A stretch of DNA of 64,000 nt, from NCBI GenBank assembly GCA_010405405.1, contig MU004236.1, positions 1,680,070 through 1,744,069 on the forward strand, read 5' to 3'. The translations under genes were made by a program, and so were the position numbers. This document shows positions 48,943 through 59,203 of this stretch, one piece after another (within the stretch, counting starts at the first letter, position 1; the number at the start of each line of letters is the position of its first letter). This DNA comes from Microthyrium microscopicum. Taxonomy: Eukaryota. The notes under the pieces are model-generated. The model was given only the letters and a program-made list of their open reading frames with translations, was not told the origin of the DNA and did not search any database.

Positions 48943-51467
48943 ATGACGCATATCAGCCCTCCACAAAACAATGCAAGCACCATTTACAAAGGCTCTTTTG
49001 ACGAGGAACCACCAAACTATGGCTCATCGACTGCGTTACAGGCTTCATATGCCGACTCTGTCACATCCGATGGATCGAATAGCACCGAAAATCTCGAATC
49101 TATATTCTACACCCGAAAATCCGTTGATCTAGAATCGCAACCGAAGTCAATAGTGTCAAACTGGAGGGTCGGCTGGAAAACACCGCTCCTGATGTTTGGG
49201 TCATATGCTACAGGTATTGTTGAACCTCCTTGAACCATAATTGTTTGAGCACGTCTGACTTACGAAGCATTCGTCTTTGCATCTACTCATCTAGGACTCT
49301 TCCTCTATCTCAACGGCAAGGCAGCGAATGGACCACATGCGATTCCACAGACATATGTGTCTACCACATCACAGCTACTCGCAAGGCTTTTCAGTCTGTG
49401 TCTCAGTTTATCATTAGCGTTTGCATACGTTCAGCATCTCTGGCATACTCTGCGAACGACCTCGGTCAAGGTTTCCGACCTTGATCTCTTGTTGCAGATA
49501 CGCAATAACGTCTTCTTTTTGGGTCATACCGGCGCATTTAGAACTGCACCGCTGCTTATTCTACTTGCAATAACATACTGGCTTATTCCCATTGCGGTTA
49601 TCTACCCTCCTGGTGCCTTGATCGTTACTCCAGTTTCCGTTAACAATGTTTACAGCTTGTCTGTGCCTACGTTCGATGCATCATCTACCGAGAGCTCGGC
49701 GGCTGGGTTTGTAGATCAAGCAATTGCATACGTCGGCGCTACATCATGGCCAAAACTTGATAGCAGAAATTCCACGTACATATATTACCTGTGAGTAATG
49801 CATATACTTGATGTCACTCCTTACGAACGTTGGAAATCTACTAATCTATTCGCGTCTAGTTCTTATCGAAGACCTACGGCTGCTCTAGCAAGGTAGGGTT
49901 TCCCTGTGCCAAATTTATTTCTTGACGATATTCGTTGGAACGAATAGAATCATATCTCCCATAATACTCCATGGCTGACAAAGAATGCGTTCTTAATCGA
50001 GTCTATAGATCGCGCCAAATGCGATACATGTTTCATGTTTTCCCCATGAAAAGGACATTTGAACTTTTCATGGTATTGGCTCCATTCGTAACTTTATACT
50101 AACAAATTACAGGCAATCACTTATTTCTGGCACAGTTCTCTCCAACGACAGTCCCTGTGGCCCCGATTGCAAATACTCTCTGGATTTTGTTGGACCATAT
50201 TTGAAATGCGATACCAAAGTCTACAACGAGAGCACAGCTCTTAGTATGAATCCCGATCCCACTGATTATACCGCATTTTCCGCAAGCCTCATCAACACTG
50301 GTCTATTCCAACTCAATCCAGTTCTATTACCTAACCAACCACCGCAATCATTTGCTTTCAACATTTCAAAACTTATTGGAAAGGAAATTAACAATACTAT
50401 TGGGGCGAGGATCAACGAAAACATAACCTGGCAGACATGGTTTCAAAGAGAAGCCACGCAATGTACACCAATGGCAGTATCATACCGAGTTCAAGTTGAA
50501 TACGTTAATGGACGACAAGGCTTGACTTATACTCATGACATGCATGACTTGACTTTATTGAACGCCAATTCTCAGGTCGTCGACACAAACTGTCCGCCGG
50601 TCGATACGCAGACGGATTTGTCACATACAAAATGCGAAATCCTTGGTGAATCGAGCTTGATGGCGTATCGTAATATCAACCTCTTCTCCCTGGTGCATGC
50701 TTTCACAACAGAACTTTCTGGCCCTATCGAGAATACCTATAAATGGGTCAACACGCCAAACAACCGAACAGCCATGGTGGACTTCAAAGCTCCTAACGGT
50801 ACCGTTCTATCTCTTTACCAAATACAACCAGATACTCTTGTTATGGGTAAGTCAGCCTTATCTCAACTAAACATCATTTTACACTCACTAACAAATCTAC
50901 AGCGGATTTTGATAACAGCAGCATGCTCCTTGACACCATTTTCAACAAGAACCGCCTAAACTTGACGTCCAGTTACCTGATTTGGATGTCTCACCTCAAA
51001 CCCTCAATGAGGCCCTTGCGAACTTCACATTCAACATGATGTTTCAGCGGAATCAATGGAAGACCAATGTTCTAGCTAACGTTACAACTACCATAAACAT
51101 TTATTCGTTCGGAAAGGGGATGAATCTGCTTTTACCGTACTTTCTGGCTCTTGCCGTGGCAGTACCGTTCCTAATCCTCGGTACGATTTCGCTCTATAAA
51201 AATGAAGTGTCAGCAGTAGATGGAGGCTTTCTTCAGACTATCATGACAACTACGAAGAGTCAGAAACTACATGATGCAGCGGCTGGTGGCTGTCTGGGCG
51301 GGCTGGAGAATGTGCCACAGGAATTGTTAAACTTGAAAGTTAAGTTTGGAGAATTGACTTCCGTTAGGTCGGACAACGGCGTTAGGAGAGCTGGTTTGAG
51401 TACGGAGGATGAAATCATTCCACTAGATCGAAACGCTATTTATGGATATGAAGGTATGAGAAGTTGA
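48943..51467 (+). CDS. Fungal hypothetical multi-pass membrane glycoprotein, at least 5 exons
   Basis: Three N-terminal hydrophobic segments, AVIYPPGAL, SPCGPDCKYSLDFVGPYLKC, many N-x-S/T sites, C-terminal TM LLLPYFLAL..GGFLQTIMTT..LKVKFGEL; 33-nt exon at 49860-49892. Confidence 0.75.
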
Positions 51468-51840
51468 AAATCTATCGTATACTAAGACGGTCATAAGGTG
51501 CCTGATACTTCTAAGTCACCTGGAATAACCCATTTTCTAGGCCCAAACATCCTAATCTCGAAGTGAAATCATTCAGGAGATCACGGTAAACAAACGTGAC
51601 CACGAATAGTGAAAGTGACTCCTAGAACTTGTTTACTTCATATTTCATCCCGGCATGTTTTGTGTCTCCTCGAATTTTCCTACTCCAGTTGCTTTATTCC
51701 GACTATCATTGGTTTAATATCCCTCATCTTCCATATACTACTACAACAGTACAGATTGAAGACTGAGCACTTCTAGCACTTCTGTCATCAACATCCCATA
51801 CGTGCTGGCACAAAAAGCATTTTATCGCTTCCCTATCGCA

Positions 51841-53649
51841 ATGCCGCAGCTAAAAGACATTCGTGTCGCAGCCGCGCGATTTCGAGAAGCCACCAAAAAG
51901 CTCGCGAACGGACTTCGGCTTCAAAAGCGGCAACCGAGTAAAGTAAAGAAGCCAGAAGACGGGCCTCAACCTGTCAGCGACGTAGGTCAGCACAATGAAT
52001 TCCCAGAATCATACTCTTATGACTCTTTATTCGACAGCGACAGTCACCTGGATGACTCGAACGATCTTGTAGAGAGCGCTGAGGATCTTCCGAGTACTCG
52101 AGCCCATCCCGCGGCAGATTCGAAAATACGGGAAACAGCTCTATCTCCAAACAGCCAACTCACGCTGAAGCCTGCTGCGAACCACAAGAACCGGTGGTCA
52201 ACGAAACAGCAGAAACGATGGGGAAGTATTCTTTCAATTCAAGACAAAGACGTTGTCAATCTTCTGGAGCAAGTCTTTTCAGGAGCCAAGTTTGCGGTGG
52301 CTCGACAGACCATGGGTCAATATAATCGGGTGTTTTTGGCTACAGGTCTTTACAATGAGCATGCCAGTCCAATTGAAGTTGCTGTCCGCATCAACGTTCG
52401 GGCGAATTTGGACAAGTGGGATCCAAAACTCGACGCTTTCAAGCTGGAGCAACAATCGAGAGCTTGTAACTGGATTCATCAAACATTTGGGCTTGCACCT
52501 AAAACCTACTGTTACTGCACCAGCTTCAATAATCCTCTTGGACATCCCCATATGATTATGGAATGGATGAAGGGAACGGTCATGTTCAATTCTTGGAACT
52601 CCTGGATTCCAGGGCAGGAGAAATTTGCATCTCTCGATCTTAAGCGATCGCATATGCTGAAAAGCCTTGCGAGAGCCGTCTCCAGGCTGGAAACCACAAA
52701 ATTCAATGCGGGAGGGTCATTGTACTTCCTGACTGACGATCCACATACCAAACCTCTGGTCGGACCCTATTTTGTGGAAGCAGAACACGCCGTCGGCCTT
52801 GACGCTCACTTCGAGCCAGCTTATGCTTCCTTCGGAGAAGTGTTGGCGGACAAATGGGCTCAAGTCGACCACGCTCACTTTGGAGGATACAAAGATCAGA
52901 AAAAGGGCGCCTTATGGTTGCTTCAAAAGGTTTTGAAGACAGTGTGCAGCGATCATGACGATGAAGCTCTCAAAACTCGTTCGCTGCAGGAGTTGCCTGA
53001 GCCATCAGTAATACTCACTGCATACAAAGCCTTAGGGTTACTTTTCCCTGCGGATGGTGACTTAGATGGGCGGTCATTTTATATCAAGCACCCTGACCTC
53101 AACTACCAAAACATCCTCGTTGATGAATATAGTACTGTCATTGGGTTTATAGACTGGGACATTCCATCCACCGTCAGCGCTAGCTTTGCATACGCGATGT
53201 TTCCCTTGTTTCTCTGCATGGACTGGAATGTTTTATACAAAGATCGTGTAGGGGACACGTACTATCTCAACAACTCTATACCCTACTTGGATAAGTATCG
53301 CGAGTGGTATGCCCAATACATAGAGGAGTGCGTGCAAGTACCTGGCTCGATCCAGTTTGTTCGCATATCGCACATTCTATCTGGAATATATGAGCACCTG
53401 ACAGCGAAAAACGTCACTGGGTTGCTGTGGATTGCAGAGAAGATCATACGCGAGGCGAAAATAATTGAAAACACCCCTGGATTGACCGAATTGATGGCGT
53501 CGAGCAATGCTACAGCCCAACAATTAGTTGTTGAGAGCCTGAAGATGATTGGTAAGGGAAATGCTATCGTTCAGGAAGGAATTTGGAGACAAGTTCACCC
53601 CTGGCTTATGGAACTCATGGAGCCAAAGAACTACGAGCCTGAATATTAG
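51841..53649 (+). CDS. APH/choline-kinase-like (PKL fold) phosphotransferase, intact copy
   Basis: GQYNRVF, VAVRI, PHMIMEWMKG, HPDLNYQNILVD, IGFIDWD; single long ORF. Confidence 0.85.
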   Translation: MPQLKDIRVAAARFREATKKLANGLRLQKRQPSKVKKPEDGPQPVSDVGQHNEFPESYSYDSLFDSDSHLDDSNDLVESAEDLPSTRAHPAADSKIRETALSPNSQLTLKPAANHKNRWSTKQQKRWGSILSIQDKDVVNLLEQVFSGAKFAVARQTMGQYNRVFLATGLYNEHASPIEVAVRINVRANLDKWDPKLDAFKLEQQSRACNWIHQTFGLAPKTYCYCTSFNNPLGHPHMIMEWMKGTVMFNSWNSWIPGQEKFASLDLKRSHMLKSLARAVSRLETTKFNAGGSLYFLTDDPHTKPLVGPYFVEAEHAVGLDAHFEPAYASFGEVLADKWAQVDHAHFGGYKDQKKGALWLLQKVLKTVCSDHDDEALKTRSLQELPEPSVILTAYKALGLLFPADGDLDGRSFYIKHPDLNYQNILVDEYSTVIGFIDWDIPSTVSASFAYAMFPLFLCMDWNVLYKDRVGDTYYLNNSIPYLDKYREWYAQYIEECVQVPGSIQFVRISHILSGIYEHLTAKNVTGLLWIAEKIIREAKIIENTPGLTELMASSNATAQQLVVESLKMIGKGNAIVQEGIWRQVHPWLMELMEPKNYEPEY

Positions 53650-54176
53650 GGACTGTCAAATATCCTGAAGGTTACTGGACAAAACAACGCATTTTCAGGG
53701 GCAAGTTTGCGTCTTTTGGAGCTGTTATGGGCTTTGGGTTAATAAGTCTGACTCTTATTTGAAGCATGACCATAATATAACATATAGTTAGATATGAATA
53801 TGGATTTAGATATCGTTCATGTCAGATTCCGGTAAATGATACGGTCAACTGACCATTTCTGGCTCTTCAAGTGAAGAAGCTATGTCTTTTCAATGAGCAA
53901 AATTGTCTCTCTACTGACAACACATCATACCATTTGTGACATTGACTTATTCACTTTCTACTCCATAGTCTGCTCCATAAATTCATCATCCTTAAAGCAC
54001 GCTCTCAGTGTTTCTTATTACCTTTGTTTTCGCGCCTGCAAAAGCCTTAGAACAAAACATCACGCAGCTTCCTCTCGTTCGAGCGTTTGGATCCTTTTGA
54101 ACGATCAGATTCTGCCAATTCGTATATCTAAATCCGTATAATCCAGCCCATTGATCTGACCGGCCCGACAAACGAT

Positions 54177-56789
54177 ATGAATCGGCCAAAACCACCCTGG
54201 ACCAAGGCTCGTTTCTCTGAGAGTTCTGTGGCTGATAGTTCAAGACTGCTAGCAGCAGCAAATAGACTTCGGAGAAGTGCTTCAAAAGCATTCAAACGAG
54301 CCTATAGGGGCACGAAATCAGGATTTGTCAGAAAGGAAGGCAGTGGATCTAATCCCAGTTTCTACAATCAAACTGCCATTCCTAGCACTTCGGAATTTAG
54401 TGAACACGATTCTTTTTCCTCTACCGGCTCTCAGATTGGATCAGCCGCCGAATATCTCGAACGCGACCACTTTGCTACGCACATATTGACACCGTCTGAC
54501 GGGCTGGTCTGTGGCCATTATGTACCGGTTAGACGAACGACCACAACCACAACAACGACTAATGACATCGAAGAGCACAATGGACAAAGACTTAGACGAA
54601 GGACTACCACTAAGATCTCCAAAACGAGAACGAGATTGTTTCCTGTGAGAATTCAGGCTACTACCCAGACCGCTGAGGCTTCAGACATTGCGGCCAGAGT
54701 TGAGGCAGCTTGCTCTCTAGACATAAATGGAGAACCTGCTTCTTGTATCTCATCAGAGGGTAAAGATCCCGAGAATGAGCGAAACTTGGACTCCACAAGT
54801 GAGGGTCGTGACGAAGTACTCTTCCAGCATGATGTATCATCGCGTCCTGCGGAAAGCAGTACCACACAATATACCGATGAAGAAGATATTGTCACATATA
54901 CCGATTGTGGCACGCAAACAGACTCTGAAGCCGTATTGGAAGCAGAAAATCCATCTTCCATGGAGAACCCATCAGGTACAGACCAGCCACTTTCCATGAA
55001 CAATCCGTTATCCACGGAAAAGCTATCATCCACAGATGATCCTTTTGTCACCGGCAAGCGATCTTCCACAGGCCAAGACTCCAGTGAATCTTTATCAGAG
55101 GAATTCTACGAGCCATCATCAGAGGAACTCTACGAGCCACTATTCGCGCCGCACAGGCGTAACCGTCAGTTTTTCCAAAGACCAATAGCCCGCACTCAAT
55201 CGTCCAAATCCAACACAATCGACTTGACCCCCATCAACGAAGGCCAAAAAGAAATCTCCAACCCAAAACCTTCTCCCACCAAATCCGACTCATGGTATCT
55301 CCATCTCCACTCTTCACCCGCCCCAAATCCACCCTCATCCTCACCATACTACAACACCCATCTAGCCCACGACCAACCTAAATGGGGCACCATCGGCCTA
55401 ATCCAACCCCCCACAATCCTGCACCAACTCGCCCACCTTCCACATACCGCCTTCCCCAACCCCTTCTCCTCCTCCCAACTCACATTCCGCAAAACCGCCC
55501 ACGGAAGCTTCCACATCTGCTGGATCGTCAACCACGACAGCCAAGACGGTCTATTCAAGAGTGTGACACGCATAAACCATCGAGCGCAGCGACATCGCTG
55601 GAGTGCCCCAAATGCCTGGATGTAGAGCAACCAAGCACGCCAGGGCGCCTGGATAAATGCGAATTTTGATAATGTACGTGCACCGGCTACGTATTGGAGC
55701 GATAATGGGTTTGGGAATTTGCTGGAGAGGCCGTTTGAGGTGCAGGAATTTATCTTTGGGAGGAATATGGCGAGGGAGTGGAATCGGTGGGATGAGGAGG
55801 AGAATAGTAGGGAAGGCTTGGATGTGAGACGGAGGACTTTGTTGGGGAATTTGGCGTTGACGGTTTGTGAGTTTAGGAAGTTTTCGTTTGCGACGGGGGG
55901 AGCGCTGTATTTTGATGGAGGGGAGGATTTTCCACGGGTTGGTCCTTATTATCATGAGAATGGGCTGTTTACTAAGGCTCATGAGCGATATGGCGATACG
56001 GTGGCGGAGCAATTTACGAGGCTTGCGACGATGGTTGAGGCTTCTCATGCGGAGAAACGGCGTTCGCTCAAGGAGAGGAGGCAGTTTAGAGGAGCTGTTT
56101 GGCTGCTGACTGAGCTCATGCGGGAGTTTGTGCCGTCTTTTGATAAGGAGATTGTCAGCGGTGAAAGAATCTCAGGGACGAAATCTGTGGCGGAAGCACT
56201 GAATGCGCGATTTGAAGCTCAGCATATACCGTTCGTCAGGCCGTACCATGGAAAATATCTGTTTGTGGTGAGACATAACGATTTCTATTTGCAGAATATC
56301 ATGGTCACGAAGGATCTAGGAATCGCAGCAATCTTCGATTGGGATGTTCTTGAATCTGTTCCGGCACCTGTGGGATATACGGCGTACCCTCTCTGGACGT
56401 GGATGGACTTTCACCCGCACTATGTTCAGCGAATGAATAGTGAGGGTCAGCCTGCGAGCTCGGAGGAAGATCTGAAGCGTTATAGAAAGTGGTGGCTGTC
56501 TTCCATTGAAGATATCATGGGAGATCATCCTCATGCAGCAGATGTTCGGATCTCGCACATCTGGGGCGCTATCCATGAGGTTCTCAGGGTCTGTAATGTT
56601 GAAGGCGCACTTTGGGTGGCGCGCAAGTTCATGAGGGAGGCAAATGCAGAGATGGGCGGCACGATGCCAGTTGATTATTTCTTGGAATGGATGGGCAAGT
56701 CCGAGCATAAGCAGCTTGACGAGATCCGCCAGAAGGTGTTGACAAAGGTCAAGGAATGGATTCAAGCTGTTCGATCCGGCGAGGTTTGA
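54177..56789 (+). pseudogene. Second APH-like kinase, one frame interrupted by an in-frame TAG at 55623-55625 (pseudogene or recoded gene)
   Basis: ORFs 54177-55625 and 55719-56789 share a frame and the sequence between them is open. GSFHICW, VTRIN, HNDFYLQNIMV and AIFDWD align with the upstream paralog. Confidence 0.8.
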
Positions 56790-57099
56790 TTTCAATGATA
56801 CCAATAGCGTTGATAGAATTTGTTTGGGTTCGCCCTGTTCTTGAATCAGTCCTGCATGTAAGCAAGCGCTATATCAACCCTTTTCAGTCGTGAGTGGTGC
56901 TGACCATGTAGAGTAACCGCTGAATGGTACTATCAGTACCACTCTATGAAACAAACTGTATCTATTGCATATGCTTTACAGATGACACTTACTATCCAAC
57001 CTTTAGAGCAGACAGGTATTCCTTGTGAGTTCTACTTTTTGCATTATTCAGCCGGATGATCGAGCCGGCCATTACATCGGTGTATTACTTGGATTTGGA

Positions 57100-57992
57100 C
57101 TATTGACCCATGATCTTGTTCATACCGCCAAGCAAAGTCCGTTTAATACCCTTCATTCGTCCATTCTCGCCATCCACATCCATCGCATCCTCATCATCTA
57201 CTGACGCCTCCTTGTCATCTAGTCCCCGCTTGCCTCGTCCGCCTTTGTCATCCGCTCCACCACCCTGCTCTGCTTGTACGCGCTTATCAAACAGCTTCGT
57301 TGCACGTTCTTGTCGCTCTGCTCGTAATTGTGCTGTTTGGCGGATGCGCTCTTCTTCTGCTGCTAGTTCGCTGAGAACCGTGGCACAGCGCGTGCTCCAG
57401 GCGTCGAATTCGTTGGTGAGTTCAGGTAGTGTACCGGGACCGAGATCTCGTAAAGGAGCGATGGAGTCTACGTGGACGACAGCGGCTTGGGAATCGAGGG
57501 TACCGGTGATGAGAGAGGCGGATATGGCGGAAGTGACGAGGGCTTCCAGAGTTTCTATGTCAGGGAGTTCGAGAGCAGTTTGGAGGGTTGAGTAGGGGAG
57601 TGGCGAATGGAGACGAGCAAGCGGTAAGAGGGAGAGCAGTTTGATCTTTTGAGTTTGAGCGGGTGAGAGTTTGGGTAGATTGGGATCCCGTGGCAAGCCT
57701 ATAGTTTCAATATTGTTAGCTTGCTGAATGGATTGATGGAGTAGCAGAGCTAACCTTGAACGTGGCTGAAGTTGCCCCATGCGAATATTTCTAGGAGCTT
57801 CAAATATGGTTCGTATTCTTGGGAATTGCGCAATGCTTGGATGTTTGGTGTCTGTAACAGCTCGGCGAAGACGTATGTGTTTGGTGCTGATGTAGCTTGG
57901 GTGATCAAATCCGCTGCTCCTCGAGGATGTGTGGCAGATTTTGAGAGAAGAACAAAAGGTTCCAAGGCATTAGTTGCCCGTAGCTGCGCCAT
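57100..57992 (-). CDS. CSN7: COP9 signalosome subunit 7 (CsnG), 2 exons
   Basis: ALEPFVLLSKSA, ATSAPNTYVFAELL, LLEIFAWG, KIKLLSLL, APLRDL; intron ~57700-57754. Confidence 0.92.
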
Positions 57993-59203
57993 TGTATTCT
58001 GAAGGAAGTATGGGGATGATTGGGAGATTGTGGGGTAAATGGGTGGTGATGTTTAAGTTTGGAGAGTTGAAGTTGAAGCTTTCAGCCTTGGTTCTTGGAG
58101 CTAGCAGGGATAGGGATTAAATCTTATCCCAAAGATTAGATTTCGAGATTGCAATCTAATCTGATCATTTCCCCAGGATCATCCCTTCCGATTAGTGAGC
58201 CGCAATTGCCAGATTTTGGGTAAGGCCACGATTTGCGCCTGCTCTCACCTTAAGGAGCACTCGACTACCCAAAGGCGTAATGAGCAAGTTTACAAAGCCT
58301 CAATCTATTTGGTGTTGCTTTAATGTGTACAACATCTACTAATCAAGCCACCGAATTTTACTATTACGGTAACGATAAGTGATTATCGCCATACCCGGCT
58401 GAAATATCGTCAGTCAAATTCGCGTCTTGGCACACGAGACAGTGGCAGATTCCAGGTGCCGTTGCCTTTTATGTTCTCATACACAGACTGTCTTGACCAT
58501 TGATGCTGAAACGCCGAAACAACTGCCTGTGGCCCTGTCAACCAAAAAGGCTTGGTATGCACTGCTGTTCCCAGAATAACTCCTGCAGCTTACAGTGTCC
58601 CTGCCCACTTGACTGGTGTTGAGCGTGCCTGCACGGCTGACAAGTGATCCGAAGCGAAGGAAGGGTCAATACTGAGCGGGGGTCCGGGGATTATTCTCGC
58701 AGTGAGACTGTGAGAGTGGAGGAGGCGGCAGGAAGGTTCAGGTTACTGATTCAAGACACTTCAATGTTCGTGATATTTGTACTGTAGCAAAAAGAAGTGG
58801 CAACCCTTAAACTACGCCTAATTATTATCCTTGAATATCCTTGATGCTTATTGATACAACATCTCCACTTGTTTCCCGTCTCTCTACCCGCCGCTCCTGT
58901 GCCTGTTTAGTCCTCTCCGTCCTCTCCATCCTGACATCCGAATCCAAATATATTCCTCCTCCACCCTCATACCCTACACCTTCTTTAAAATATCCCTCTT
59001 ATTAATTGCGACCTCGTGGCACTTCACTCACGCCACCCAATCTACTGCCACCTATGTCCCTACCTACTGGCTTTGTCGTCTTTCCTTGATTCGCCTACTA
59101 CTTTGCCTTTGTCTCCATTGCCTAGTAGTCTTTCTTTGTCCTCCACTGCTCGCTCTACCTACAATCCTCAAATTCTCAACGCGCGCCACTCTGGCAATCC
59201 CTC

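Noticed and set aside
55549..55625. Intron ending at the TAG that would remove the kinase stop
   Set aside because: GT donors at 55549 and 55561 shift the frame. GTGACA at 55563 keeps it but is weak, has no branch point and would delete VTRIN, which aligns to VAVRIN of the paralog.
27127..55625. Local deaminase as the editor of the kinase UAG
   Set aside because: The genes are 27 kb apart with housekeeping genes between them. Known fungal mRNA A-to-I editing uses the Tad2/Tad3 complex. No sequence evidence links them.
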